Counted from the first letter of the stretch, positions 47,755 through 63,578 are shown. The stretch: 64,000 bases of DNA from the human T2T-CHM13v2.0 reference genome, Homo sapiens (GCF_009914755.1 NC_060929.1); one strand, 5' to 3'. Program-made: numbers and translations. Notes: generated by a model not told the origin, from the sequence alone.

Positions 47755-48075
47755 ATGCATAAAATAAAACTTGCTATCTTAACCATTTTTAAGTATAAAG
47801 TTCAGTAGTGTTAACTACAATCTGTTGTGTAACCAATCTCCAGAACTCTTTTTATCTTGCAAAACTGAAACTTGATATGCATTAACAACTGAGCATTACT
47901 CTTCCTCCCAGCCTCTAAAATCCAACATTCTACTTTCTATCTCTATGCACTTTGCTATGATAGGTACCATACATAGGTGGAATAATACAGTATTTATTTT
48001 TTGTGACTAGTTTATTTTACAAAGCACAATAATGTCCTTATGTTTTATCTATTTTATAACATGTCAGAATTTGCT
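47755..48075 (-). mobile_element. L1MB-type 3' end fragment, preceded by (TG)n at 47728-47751
   Basis: cttaaccatttttaagt...ccaatctccagaactc...cattctactttct...ggaataatacagtattt. Confidence 0.8.
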
Positions 48076-48726
48076 TCCAGAAATGTTTTTTATTGTACCA
48101 CAGATACCTATTATCAAGGTAAAGAAATTTCCATCTTGGTCTGATTTACTGATAGTTTTAATTACGAAAGGACATGAAATCTGTCAAATGTTTACTCAAT
48201 ACCTATAAGAGGATTATATTTTTGTTCTCTTAGTTTATTAACATAGTAAATCTTATTAATGTATTTTTTACTAAAACCGTCCTTGCATTCTGCAATAAAC
48301 TTACCTTGTTTTATTGTTCACTTTGACTTCTAATATTTTGATAATTACTTTTACATCTATGTGTCTCAGTGATATTTGATTATAATTTTTATTTCTTGTC
48401 ATTGTCTAGTTCCAGAATTAATAATATATTGATTATAAAATAAATTTGGAGAGTTTCTCATTTTCTTTCAAAAACCTTATATAAATTTGCAACTATTTAT
48501 TTCTTAAAATATTGGTGGACCTAGTCTGTAAAACAAAATATCTGAGACTAGAATTCTGGGAAAATCGCAGTGTAGGAAACACCAAATCTTCTCTTCCCAT
48601 CTAGACAACAATTACACTGGGAACTATCTGATGTAACTACATTGAAACTCTGGAGTTTATTGAAGACTAACAATTTCCATGCGAAGTCTTGAACAGTAAA
48701 TTGTGATTAATTTTGGTCAATATCAG

Positions 48727-49033
<307 letters not shown>

Positions 49034-51197
49034 AATCTCAGCTCTTAGCACAGTACCAGCCACCTGTTTCTTGTCACTCAGCCCCATAGCAGACAATTGC
49101 GTATATATGCATGGTGCAGCTTGCACACAGCTGCTCCAGGATAGGAGCAGGGATGGACAAAAGGGACCCTGTCCTCCAAATACTGGGGAAGTGTGATCCG
49201 ATTGCTGATTCTGTCCACAGAGGTGCAAAGATGTGCTGTCCATTGTTGCTGTATCTCCCCCATTGTCACACAAGCCCCAAAAGCCCAGTGTATTTAGAGT
49301 GCCAATACGTCTTTCCCTCTTAGATTTTTATCTTTTTCTCCTTTTGGAAACTGTACATTAAAGACTAGGGCATTCCAAATCTTCCACATATTTGTGGGGA
49401 ATTAAATAATTACTGCACATTCCCAGGGAAAAACACAGGCTCAGAAAACAACTGAGAAGATATTAAATATACACTTCAACTTGATTTTCACAAATACTCA
49501 GGCTATGACAATTTTTTAAAAATCAAAAAATATACCTGGGGAAGTGTGAGAATCTGATTTCCAGAACCTGCATATTATTATATTCAACTATCCAGTTTTC
49601 AACAAAAAATTACAAGGCATGCAAGAGGTAAATTGGGCCTATTTAAGGCAAAAAAGTAAAACAATCAAAACTATCCCTGAGAAACAACTGATGGCATACC
49701 TACTAAACAAACACGTTAAAGCATTTGTCTTAATGTTGCTCAAAAATTAACACATGAAGAAAGTCAAGAAAATGATATATGAACAAATAGAAATAACCAA
49801 TACAGAGACAGAAAATCTAAAGAGAAACAAAAAAGAAAATCTGAAGCTAAAAAGTATAATAATCGAAGTGATTAATTCACTAGGGAGGGGATTCAAGGCA
49901 AATTTGACTAGGCAGAAGAAAGAATCAGTGAACCTTGAAGGTAAAACAATGGAAATTATCAAGTCAGACAAACAGAAAGAAAAAGGATTGAAGAAGAATG
50001 GAAAGAACAAGAGAGACATGTAGGATATCAAGTGAACCAACATATACAATATGGGAGTCCCAGAAGAAGGTGAAAGGGACAAAAAAATTGATATAAGTAA
50101 TGATTGGGTCGATGAACTTCCCAAATTTGATGAAATATATAAATTTAAACATTTTAAAAGATAAACCAATTCCAAGCAGGATGAACTAAAACTGTTGAAA
50201 GCCAAAGACAGATTTTTGAAAACAACAACAGAGAAGTGACACATCACATACAAAAGATCTTCAATAAAATTATCTGTACATTTGTCATTAGAAACTTTGG
50301 AGGCCAGTAGGCAGTTGGCTAATATATTCAAAGAAAAAAAAGACAAACTGTCCATCAATAATTCTATTTCTAACAAACTGTCCTTTAAAATGAGGGAGAA
50401 ATTAAGACAGAAATTGAAACATTCCCAGATAAGCAAAAGCTGAAGCAATTTGTTCCCGCTAGACCTACCATTCAAGAAATGTTTAAGGGAGTCCTGTAAG
50501 TTGAACTGAAAGGATACTAGAAAGTAACTGAAAGCCATTTTAAGAAATGAAGATCTCGGTAAAGATAAATACATGGGTAAATATAAAATCTATTAGTGTA
50601 ATAATGCTGTGTGGCTCCAATTTTTGTTTTCTACATGATTAAAGAGGCTAATACATTAAAATTATTAATCTAAAAGCTAGTATTGTTATAACCATGCTTT
50701 GTAGTCCACATTTCTTTTCTACATAATTTGAAGACTAATATATTAAATAAGTTATTAGTTTATGTTTTTGGAGATAGGATGTATATAGCTATAGTTTTAC
50801 AACATCAATAACTAAAAGGAGTAGAGATGGATTTGTTAAAAAAACAGAGTTTTTGTAGGTTATTAAAGTTAAAATGGTATAAGTTCAAATTTAACTGCTG
50901 TAATTTTTAAATATGTTAAATATGGTAAATATAATCCTAAAGGCAACCGCAAAGAATATAGCTATAGAATATGCACAAAAGGAAATAATGGGAATGTAAA
51001 AAGTTCAGTACAGAAATCTACTAATGCAAAAGAAACAAAGCAAAAATGAGGACCCAGAAAACTGTGAGGAGCATTTTTAAAATAGCAAAAGATAGAAGTA
51101 AGAGAAATTGTATTTACAATTGCATAAAAAATTATATAGGAATCAACTTAACCAAGAAGGTGAAGGACTTGTACAATAAAAACTACGAGACATTTAT

Positions 51198-51451
51198 CGA
51201 GGCTGGCGGATTTTGTGAGGCCAGGAGTTCAAGACCAGCCTGGCCAACATGGCAAAACTCTGTCTCTACTAAAAATACAAAAGTTAGCTGGGCATAGTGG
51301 CACATGTCTATAGTTCTAGCTATGTGGGAGGCTGAGACACGAGAATCGCTTGAACCCAGGAGGTGGAGGTTGTGGTGAGCCGAGCTCACGCCATTGCTCT
51401 CCAGCCTGGGCAACAGAGCAAGACTGTCTCAAAAACAAAAACAAAAAACAC
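51198..51451 (+). mobile_element. 5'-truncated AluS in L1
   Basis: Starts at cgaggctggcgg; TSD aaaaactacgagac / aaaaactacaagac. Confidence 0.9.
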
Positions 51452-51881
51452 AAAAACTACAAGACTTTTATGAAATAACTTAAGGAAGATATAAATAAAT
51501 GGAAAGATATCCCATGTTCCTGACTTGGAAGACTTAATTTTGTTAAGATGTCCATACTATCTCAAGCAATCAACAGATTTAATGTAAGGAGTGTCAAAAT
51601 CTGAATGATGCTTTTTGCAGAAATAGAAAATCCCTTTCTAATATTTTCATGTAATCTCAAGGGACCCCAAATAGCCAAAAGAATCCTGAAAAAGTAGAAT
51701 AAAGCTGGAGGACTCATGATTCCTGATTTGAAAACTTACTACCAGATACAATAATCAAAACAGTTCCGTGCTTGTCATAAAGACAAACATATAGACCAAT
51801 GGAACAGAATAGAGATCACAGGGACAAATCCTCATATATATGGTCAAATGATTTTTGACCAGTGCCAAGATCATTCATGGG

Positions 51882-52220
51882 TGAAAAGACAATCTTTTCA
51901 ATAAAAGATTTTGAAAAGACAATCTTTTCAATAAAAGATTTTGAAAAGACAATCTTTTCAATAAAAGATTTTGAAAAGACAATCTTTTCAATAAAAGATT
52001 TTGAAAAGACAATCTTTTCAATAAAAGATTTTGAAAAGACAATCTTTTCAATAAAAGATTTTGAAAAGACAATCTTTTCAATAAAAGATTTTGAAAAGAC
52101 AATCTTTTCAATAAAAGATTTTGAAAAGACAATCTTTTCAATAAAAGATTTTGAAAAGACAATCTTTTCAATAAAAGATTTTGAAAAGACAATCTTTTCA
52201 ATAAAAGATTTTGAAAAGAC
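51882..52220. repeat. Perfect 30-bp minisatellite, 11.3 copies of TGAAAAGACAATCTTTTCAATAAAAGATTT, inside L1 ORF2
   Basis: 339 bp = 11 identical units plus 9 nt; explains the repetitive ORFs 51862-52245 and 51875-52237. Confidence 0.99.
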
Positions 52221-54859
52221 TGGATATCTACATGCAAAAGAATGAAGTCGTACCCTTATGTAAAACCATGTACAGAAATTAATTCAGAATGAATTTATGA
52301 CTTACATGTAAGTCATAAAACTAGAATACTATTAGAAGAAAACCTATGGCAAAACTTTCACAACATTAGATTTAGTAATGATTACTTAGATATATACCAC
52401 AAACAGAGGTAACAAAGGAAAAAAATAGTTAAATTGGACTTTGTGAAATTCTTAAAAATTTGAGTGTCAGCAGACACAATTAACAGAGTAAAATGGCAAT
52501 CCACCAAGTGGGAAAGAATATTTGCAAATTATATATGTAACAAGGGATTAATATCCACAATAAAGAACACGGAAAACTCAGCAACAAAACAAACAACTTA
52601 ATTCAAAGAAGAGCAAAGGATTTAATTAGACATTTCTCCACAGAAGTTATACATATGGTGAATAAACACATGAAAAACATTCAACATCACGAATCATTAG
52701 GGAAGTGCAACTCACACCTACCTTGAGACACCACCTCATATTCTCTTAGGATGACTAGCATCACTAAAGCACAAAATAATAAGTTTTGGTGAGGATGTGG
52801 ATACCCTGCACAGTGTTAGTGGAAACGCAAAATATAGCTTCTATGGAAAACAATATGCAGTTTTTCTCAAAGCTAGAAATAGAATTACCATGTAATCCAA
52901 CAATTTTACCTCTGGGTATATACTTGCAATTACTGAAAACTGGGTGACTACAAAATATTTGCACACCTATGTTCATAGCAACATTGTTTACAACAGCTAA
53001 AATGTGGAAGCAACTCAAGTGACGAGTGGATAAGCAAAATGTGCTACATACATATGAAAGACTGTTATTCTGTCTTCAAAAGGAAAGAAATTCTGAAGCA
53101 TGTCATGACATGGATGAACCTTGAGGACATTATGCTATGTAAAATAAGCCAATCACAAAAGACAAATACAAATGATTCCACTTACCTGAGGCACTTAGCA
53201 GTCAAAATCATACAGAGTGTAGGATGGTAGTTACCAGGGACTGCAGAGGCAGAAAATGGGGGATTATTGTTTAATGAGCATAGAGCTTCGATTTTGAAAG
53301 ATTAAGAGTTCTGGAGATGGATGGTGGTGATGATTGTACAACAATATGTATTTAGATAATACCACCAAATTGTACACTTAAATATGATTAAGATAGTAAA
53401 TTTGATGTTATATGTATTTTACCACGATACAATTTTTTTTTAATTGACCTGGTTTTTTTCTGATTTCTTCTATGGACAAATAGAATTGTTCTTCTACGGA
53501 AAAATATAGACTTGGTTTTTCTTTTGATCTTTACTAATTTCTTTAATTTTTAAAGACAATTCTATTTCTACTACTTTTTCAACATTTACTTTTAGAAAGT
53601 TATATTTCTATGAAATTACATATGTCATCTGTTTTTTGTATTTAATGCATTATGTTCATGTTTTTTCTTATCACTTAAAATATCTGAAGTAGTTATAGTA
53701 TAACTGTTTGTATTCCTAGTCTTCTTTAATGTTCCTTTCCTCCTCGCTCAATGTTTTCTAAGAACTACTTTTGGTGGTATTGAACCTCTATTTATGCCTG
53801 TTTTCCATTTCATCAATTTTGTTGTGAAATTTTCTATGTCCTTTCTATATTCTGTGGGATTTTCTGTTGATTTTTTAAACATAAATTGAACAATTTGAAT
53901 TTTAATTGTAATCGTCCTTCATTATAAGAACTTAAGCATGTACATTTCCCACAGTACCAGTTTTACTGCCTTTCAAAAAATGTGATATGAAGAATTTTTA
54001 TGATTAAATGCTATGTATTTTATAATACACATTATAATTTTTTCTTTGACCCAGGAGTTCTTCACGTATTTTTAAATTTCCAATTGTAGACTTTTCATTT
54101 ATTTTTTTTCATTTTGACTAAAAATCAAATTGCTGTGACCAAGGAAAATGTTATATAATATTTATATATTTTCTATTTATCAGACTTGTCTCATAGCTTT
54201 GTATTCATCCATATTTTTACTTTTAATTTTTCATATGAGCTTGAGAAAATCTATTTTCTTGTTCGCTGCAAGCTACTGTAGATATGTAATCAACGTGTCT
54301 AATTATGTTGTACATCTTTTTGATCCTAGTATTTTAACCTTTATATGTCTATAGGTTTTAGGTACTTCTAAAAAATATACCCTTAAATTAACTGCTTTTA
54401 ATCCAATTAATATTGTTTTAACTGGTATGTTTTCATATGTGTGAATTTATTATAACTACTAATGTTTATATTTTAATTTGTTTTTACCATCTTATTATTT
54501 GTATTGCTTTTATTTTTTCTCTTTATATTCGTGTTCCTTTAAACTTTACATTTAAAAATAGATGATACTAGTAGTAAGAGGTTTTTTTATATCTATATAT
54601 ATAGACAGTGTTTATATTTCACTTACAAGTTTGACAACTTCATTGCTCATGTTTTCTTTTTGCATATTGGATTTCCAGGAACATTTTCATATTCTTATTT
54701 CCAATTTGCTTTAGAAGTTAGTGGAGATCTGTTATAAACACTCTCTTGGTATCTGTCTTTCTCTTTAAATTTCTTTCTCCTTGAAAATGTTTTTATTTTG
54801 CACTCAATATTCAAGGATGGTTTACTGGTTATCCAATTCTATGTTGACTATTACAATAA

Positions 54860-55345
54860 TATTATTCAGCCTATTAAAAGAGGGAAATCCTGACATATGA
54901 CACTGACATTACATGGACAAACCTGAAGGACACGATGCTGACTGAAATAAACCAGACACAGAAAGACATCTAATGCATGATATCACTTTACATGTGGAAT
55001 CTTAAAGAATCAAACTCATAGAGAGTTAAATAATGGTTACCAGGGACAGGGTGGGGGGTGGGGGTATGGAAAATAGATGTTACCGAAAGGGTACAAAGTT
55101 TCAGTTATGCAGAGTGAATAAATTCTGCAGATCTAATGTATAGCGTGGTGACTGTAGTTAACAATGTAATGTATACTTGAAATTTGCTATGAGTAGATCT
55201 TAAGTGTTCTGACCACACACACACTCACACACTCTCACACATTCTCTCTTTCTCTCTTGCTGTCTCTCAAACGGTATCTGTGAAATGATGGATATGAAAT
55301 TAGCTTGATTGTGGTAATCATTTCACAATATTTATGTATGACAAA
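54860..55345 (+). mobile_element. L1M 3' end fragment
   Basis: tattcagcctattaaaagagggaaatcctgacat...gggtacaaagtttcagtt...cttgattgtggtaatcatttcacaat. Confidence 0.85.
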
Positions 55346-55348
55346 TGA

Positions 55349-55760
<412 letters not shown>

Positions 55761-55854
55761 ATATTCTCTCAATTTTGAAATAACTAACTGCCTCCCATTC
55801 TCTACCACTTTTAATCCCCTGATACCTGTTTTACCTCCAGTATTGCTTCTCTAG

Positions 55855-56146
55855 AACTACACGGCCTCATATGGTAATCACTAGCCACATGTGACTGTCC
55901 AACACTTTAAAGGTAGCATAGCTCAAATTTAGATTTAATGCTAGTGTAAAAAACACATTGGACTTTTTAAAACTTTGTACAAAAAATTTTTTAAAAATGT
56001 CGATTTTCTATATTACATGTTGAAATGATATTTTGGATAAATTGAATTAAATAATATAAATACAGCTATTTTACCTATTTTTGTTCATGTGATTAGCAAA
56101 CTTAATTACAAATGTGGTGTGCATTATTTTTCTGTTGAACAGTGCT
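55855..56146 (-). mobile_element. MER33-like hAT-Charlie DNA transposon
   Basis: cactagccacatgtg...aattacaaatgtggtgtgcattatttttctgttgaacagtgctg resembles the MER33/MER3 terminus. Confidence 0.75.
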
Positions 56147-56604
56147 GTTCTACCAGATTATCAGTAAACACCCTCCAAAATTTATTTGTGTTGTTGTTTT
56201 TAAAATTTCTTTTATTTCAATTGGGAACAAAATTTGTGATAATGTTCTTAACTCGCTCCAAGAAAATTTACTACCTAAGTAAACTTGTGCCCTACAGCTT
56301 TAACAACATTTTATGCCCCTTCAACTCAGCTCACATTTGAATTTAATTGGTATTTTTTATCCCCATGAACGAAATCACTGTCAAGCCTAACTTAAAATGA
56401 GGCTTTTACAAAAGTTTTCTAAGCTCCAAAAACAGTTTTTCAAAGTTGGTTTCCATCAGTGGCAACATCCTCTCAACATACCAGAGAAGAAAATGTGGAG
56501 AGGGACTAGGTGACATTTAAGAGAATTAAAGATGGAACAGGGGAAAAAGCTAGAGTATATGCTTGCCTGAAAAAACGCAGGACACTCAAAGTACATTTCA
56601 GATG

Positions 56605-57262
56605 TACTGGTTTCTTCCCCTCAAGGCAATGGGTTCCCTTATGGTACAGAGTGTGTCTTGAAATGTCATCTGAGAGCTATGGTGTAGAATGGGCATCTCA
56701 GGCCTTTACCCAGTTTCCTATCCTACTGTGGCTGAGCTGTTATCCAAGTTGCAAGACAAAGTCCTCTTTACTCCGCCCTCTCCTCTTCTCGTGCAGAGAA
56801 GAATCTTTCCTGGAGCCGTGAGCTGTGGTGCCTGTGATTTTTGAGAGGTGGTGCTATCACTTTCTTGGTTGAGCCAGCTGGTGTCTCACTAGTTCATTGG
56901 TTCCAAGCCCAGTACAGCATGAGGACTTGCCCAGGAATTGCAATCCTTGTGGTCTAGATTGCTTTTCAATTTTATTTAGAATCCCAGAGCACTGTAGCCC
57001 ATGGTGGTGAGGCTTGCTGAAACGGAAGTTCCAGCTGCAGGGATGGACAATTTCCCTCTGGCTAGGGCTGGACTATATGTTCCCTCCATGGCTGCCGGCT
57101 GAGTTCTCTTTGTGTTGCTTTCCCCTATGATAGAGTGGCAAGAGTTATTATGACTGCTCACCTGATTTTTGGTTCTTAAGAAGGTGTTTTGTTCAATTTG
57201 GTGTTCCTACAGTGAGAATGACTGGTGAAGTCTTGTATTTAGCCATCTTGCTCTGTCTCCAC
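56605..57262 (-). mobile_element. Isolated L1 5'UTR fragment (L1MA/L1PB-age)
   Basis: Minus strand begins ggagacagagcaagatggc..., the typical L1 5' start; GC-richer than its flanks. Confidence 0.75.
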
Positions 57263-57767
57263 TCCCAATAACACAATTTAATTGTATGTAAGCTCCTCCT
57301 AGTATGCTCACCCTCTCTCTACCCTATTTAATTTTTAAATAACATTTATCACTAATTAGTTGTCTGTTTGATTATTGTTTATAATCTGTCTCTTCTCAGA
57401 CACATTGTACTATTAATGAGGGCAGGGAGCTTTGTTTCATTGGGTTTCATTCACTCCCTAACCCCCAACCAATGTATCAAACACCTTAAACCATGCCTGG
57501 CACATAGTTGGTAAGCATATAAGTAATAAGTGGATGTCGCTTTCTCTTCACATATTTATGTTTTATAGGGTGCTTTCTGTTTTAAACCTCTTTCTATTTA
57601 TTGTTTTAATCAGCGTTGTCTTTTTAGATAGATGCCTATTTTGTGCACGTTAGATTTCTGCATCTATGTTCTGCAAAGTATTCTATCACATGCGTCTTTC
57701 ATACTTTACTTTCCCATGCTCCAATCACAGACATATAATTTCATTCCCTCCTCTATGTGTCACATAG

Positions 57768-58074
57768 TTTTTTGTTTTGTTTTGTTTTGTTTAGACAGAG
57801 TCTTGCTCTGTCATCCAGGCTGAAGAGCGATGGTGTGATCTTGGCTCACTGCAACCTCCGCCTCCCAAGTTCAAGCAATTCTCCTGCCTCAGCCCCCTGA
57901 GCAGCTTGCATTGCAGGCACCCACCACCATGCCTGGCTAAATTTTTGTGTTTTTAGTAGAAACAGGGTATCGCCATGTTGGGCAGAATGGTCTCGAACTC
58001 CTGACCTCAGGTGATCCACCTGCTTCTGCCTCCCAGAGTGCTGAGAATACAGGCGTGAGCCACTGCACCTGGCC
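57768..58074 (-). mobile_element. AluS with (TTTTG)n tail
   Basis: Full reverse Alu. Confidence 0.95.
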
Positions 58075-60689
58075 AGTTTTGTTTTTTTATACTTCCTCTT
58101 TTAATATGTTATTTTATCATGGTCTTTAAGCTATTCTGCTCTCCTTTTTAAAAAGTTTTTAAATTAATTGATTTGTTTATTTTTATTCTTTTTAAGAAAG
58201 GTGCTAAATCGGGGGGACCTATTTCTTCACAGAGCTTCCACCCCTCAGCCAAGTTTCTGTTCTAGACACTTTGCTATTGTCATTATCCTCACATAAACCC
58301 TGGAATTCCATTGCTAAACATTTTGACATGCCATACTGAATTAAGAAAACAACAATTAAATTAATTACAGATAGCTCTTAGGCACCCACATGTGATCTTC
58401 CGTAATATGTAGCCTTGTTTTGAGACAGAGAATAGATGGCAGATGAGTTACTCTAACATATCTGTATCAGAAGAATGCTTGCTTATTAGATATATTCTAT
58501 TAATTGACTAGAGAAGTTATTGTCATTTAAATGTATCCTGTGTTTAGATGATTGCCAACACTGAAATGAGGATATGCAGTTTAAAATTTTTCTGTTTCTT
58601 CTAATATACTGCTAATACGTTTTTAACATGAGACTTCTATAAGGCCACTTATAACTCTATTCTCATTTAGTAAGCCGCTATGCTGCATGTACTATTTTTA
58701 AAAATAGTTATATAATACTTATTAATTTATCACTCAGTTTTAAACTTAGTCATATTATCATATCATTAAACATTTTAAAATAACTATATCATGGTCAAAG
58801 AGCAATAACTAGGATCTATTACTTTTTTATACTCACTGTAGCTCCCAGCATGGTTCTAAACGCTTAGTAGTCAATTAAAATGGTTATTAAATTCTCATGC
58901 ATGGTTATTAACTAAAATAAAAAATATTAATAACAGATTTTAATTTGAATTACAACTCTTTGGTTAAAAGACATGTGACCCTGGATAAGTTGCCTAATTT
59001 ACTTCAGTTTTTTTTTTTGGGGGGGGAGGGTAAAATTATTTTTCTAAATAAGAGTGAATAACTTATTGGTTTGCTATAAGGTGTAAATGTTAGTATGCAC
59101 ATAAGTCTTAGCATAAGCCTTAGTATTTAATAAGCCCTCATTACATTTTACGTACTGTTACTAATGCTAATATATTTTTGCTTCTTTTTCTAACTCATAG
59201 GCTTATAGAAGACAGGGCTAAATTCCTTCATTTTTATTTTTCCTTCTCAAGAACAATTTATTTTCTGTTGGCAAAAAATGTAGTGAATCACTAGGATTGC
59301 CAATCCGAGAATCACATATTATCAAACATTACTGAACATTACATTGTATTTACTTTCATTTGTAAGATTATACATGTTCATATTGGGTAAACAACAAGGA
59401 ACATGACTCTCCTTACTTTATGCAACTTAACAATATTTGAATCTGCAATTCTGACTGATACTCTAGGAATGAGATAAATGACGATACAGCTTTATGGGAT
59501 TTAAACGTAAAAGAAACAATGAAGTATTAAGAAAGTCTGAGGTTGTCTGCAAGCATGCTTAGGTAGAGAAATTTATAGAATGGATAAGTAAGTAAATAAA
59601 TAAATTATTTAAAGAGCAGTGTGTGAACTCTTGTAGTCAGTATTTCTAAAATCTCCATTCACCAACTTTGCTGTATGTGATACAAATAATTGAAACTTTT
59701 GGCAACATTTATCAAAGAATATGCATAGTGAAAACATTTTCTTCAATGTTGAATGTAAGGACTATATGCATTACTAGTCGTATTTAGAGACTTATTTCTG
59801 CAATGAATAATTTTAATACATTGCCATATTCTAGTTTTCTGCTGAAATGAAACAAAATTCCCTAGTGTACTTGTTCTCATTCATTCCCATAGGATGGCAA
59901 ATATATGTGTGCTCACATTTATAAGGTAAATTATGTGCTTAGAGATATAATAGCCCTTGCTTTTATGCAGTTTTTATTCCCTAAGGAGTTCAACACATTT
60001 GGTATTAGCTTTGCAACAATGAAAAACGAGTACTTATTCTTAACTGACCATACTATGCAGGAATATTTCCTTATTTTTGACCTCCCCCCACCAACCCTCA
60101 AAACTTTATATAGAATTATAAAAGCTAAGATGAGAGGCAGAAAAATGAAAGTACTTAACACAAAGTTAATTTATTTGGTCAAAATCTTTAAGATTTAAAA
60201 TCACCAAATAAATATCAAAACCTTGGTTGAATTCTAGTCTTGTAGGTCACTGCTATCTCTAATAAAATCAAACATCAATGAGATTTTAGATATGTTTAGA
60301 TAAATTAAATTTTCAGAGGGTCAGTATTTTGTATTTCAAGAAATGGATATGAGATTTTTAAAACCTCTACTTCATGATTTAATGTTTTTGGCTGTCAGTT
60401 TGTATGCACTATCCTCATGGGGGTGAACATTTCAAGTTGGCATTCTGGCAGAAATGAATTTTATTTGTAAATCCACCTGCACACCTCTACCTTGTAAGCA
60501 AGGGCATGGCATTGCAAGGCCTCCACAAAACTAACTGCTCCATATGGTCATTGAACACATGGCATTTGTAACCATCGAAGTATTAGCCTGAAATTCTGAG
60601 ATAATCTAAATGAATATTTTTCCACCGTTGATGAGTGAACAAGGATTACAAAGATGAAATGATTTGCAAAAAGGTACTAAGCCTAGTGA

Positions 60690-61215
60690 TTAGGAGTATC
60701 CACCAGAGTTAAACCACTGTTTTAATCCTGAGCTCTAGCACTTGCCCTCTGTGTAAGCTTGGGCAAGTTGACCAACATTTTTAAGCCTCAGATTACTAAT
60801 ATAAAATATGAAGCTAATAATACTATTAATAATTTCATTTAACCAAACATTACGATAGGATTTAAGAGAGACAATGCAAAATTATCTTATTAGAAAGTTG
60901 AAGGCTTAGACGTTGTCATTAATCTATATTTCCCATTTGGAACCACTCTGTTTTATGTGCCACTTACAGTTCCATTTCCCTCCTCTGCTTAACCAGTAGT
61001 CCATTGAATCTGTGCTGTGGTGAAAAGTGAGAACTGCTATAGCATCGTGAAAGCACTCAGACTTGAAACCATATTGCTGCAGAGTGAATTTCTGTTTAGC
61101 TGTGTGGTTTCAGATAACCTTTGAACCTCTTTGTGACTCAGTTTCCTGATCTGTAACATGAATGTAATCATAAAGCCTGCATCATATATTTAAATGAATT
61201 AATACACATAAAACT
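60690..61215 (+). mobile_element. Two MIR fragments
   Basis: cttgggcaagtt...aagcctcagatt and ctcagtttcctgatctgtaacatg motifs. Confidence 0.6.
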
Positions 61216-61220
61216 CTACC

Positions 61221-61522
<302 letters not shown>

Positions 61523-61614
61523 CTACCAATGGTGGCATGCGCACAGCAAGTGGGGTGTTAGTAGTTAGTTGTTGACATACTCAAAACAAAAAAACAAAAA
61601 AACAAAAAAACAAG

Positions 61615-61923
<309 letters not shown>

Positions 61924-62814
61924 TTATGTAGTGCTCTATCATCTCCATTGGCCAATTCTACCACATGGGATATCAATAACTGGAACACTTATGTGGAAAA
62001 AAAAGTCCCAAAAGTACATTTTTAAATTAGGCCTCTGTTTTTGTTTTGACAAATATCCATCTATTTTAATTTTGAAGTAACACATGAAAATGATGATTCC
62101 ATTACTTTTTCTCTAACTTAGTGAAATAATTTTATATAGATTTTGCTAAAATTTCCTTACTACTATTCAAAGTAGTACTCATAATGTTCCCTGTCATTCC
62201 ATCAAGAATAAACAGTGACACAATTAAATATGTAATTACTCATATAAAAGCATAAGTGAACATTGCCAAACACCCAGATTCTCAAAGTGAAGTTCATGAG
62301 AGGAATAAATGTATCCACTTTCATCTATTTTAAGTCAAATCTGGCTTTATTATTGCTGAAGTAAATAATACATTCCCGCATGTTTGTATCCAAATTCTGT
62401 ATATTAATCTCATACAAATAGAATTTCTTTAAAATAGATATTCTGTCCACATATTTTCTTACCAAGTGTTTGAATTTACTTCTGCATGGCAAGGAAGCAA
62501 ACAAGATTTTTATATTGTGTCATGGTAAATGAATAAATAGTCTTTCCATTCATTAGGGTGGACATAATAGAATAATTATGTATTCGTGGTGGTCAGTTTT
62601 CTATAAATATTGGAATCTAGTAATTGCTATAAAACTGCCTGTTATTTACTCATTTGGAAGTCTTAAAGGAACATGAATATGCATGAACTACTTCTATAAG
62701 TCGAAAACCATATTTTTCTTTTGTTTGTTGTTCTCTTTGCGTTGCTATAGAGATCTTCTGTACTTTTTTTCCCCCAATATCCATTACCTTTGCCATCTCA
62801 AGCTAGGAAGTATT

Positions 62815-63136
<322 letters not shown>

Positions 63137-63370
63137 GTCTGGAAGTGTTTTAAGTATAATTGTAGCGCAGATACAGTTCATTTATGGCCGTTCTTCTCCC
63201 AGGTAGCATGGCTCTAGACCTTTCTTTTCTATCCTCTCATCTTCCTAGTCTTGATGATGTGGAAGAAATGTTTGGGGAAACAAGCCAAAATTTTCTGTTC
63301 TTTATTTCCTGCTGTTATAATTTCATCTCTTTTTTCCAATGTTATTACTAGCCAATCTGAAAATTAAATT

Positions 63371-63371
<1 letters not shown>

Positions 63372-63414
<43 letters not shown>
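63372..63414. repeat. (TA)n(CA)n microsatellite
   Basis: Directly visible. Confidence 0.95.
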
Positions 63415-63415
<1 letters not shown>

Positions 63416-63578
63416 GAAGTATTAAAGTAATAAACTTCTCCTGCCCATGTTTTTTCAGGGCCCAGGTCACATTTTGCAGCATAGATTTCTAGGGATAAAC
63501 CATGGTTGTCTTCTCTTGCCAATTGGTCTTCCAACTCATTTTGGGAAAGAGAATCTAATAATAAAAATGCGGAATTCT

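Noticed and set aside
49747-50574. 275-aa hydrophobic minus-strand ORF
   Set aside because: Antisense reading of an A-rich L1 ORF1 remnant; the F/L/S bias is compositional.
51882-52220. CRISPR-like array (30-bp palindromic repeats ending in GAAAAGAC)
   Set aside because: Units are head-to-tail with no spacers, derive from L1 ORF2 sequence, lie in human DNA and have no cas genes nearby.
51862-52245. 127-aa and 120-aa repeat-protein ORFs (EKTIFSIKDF)n and (LLLKRLSFQN)n
   Set aside because: By-product of a 30-nt unit lacking stops in those frames; no canonical ATG, promoter or splice context.
59150-59230. Strong-looking acceptor (ctaat...ttttttctaactcatag|G); similar isolated sites at 5622, 35905 and 63202
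   Set aside because: No convincing paired donor or open frame; such motifs are common by chance in T-rich DNA.
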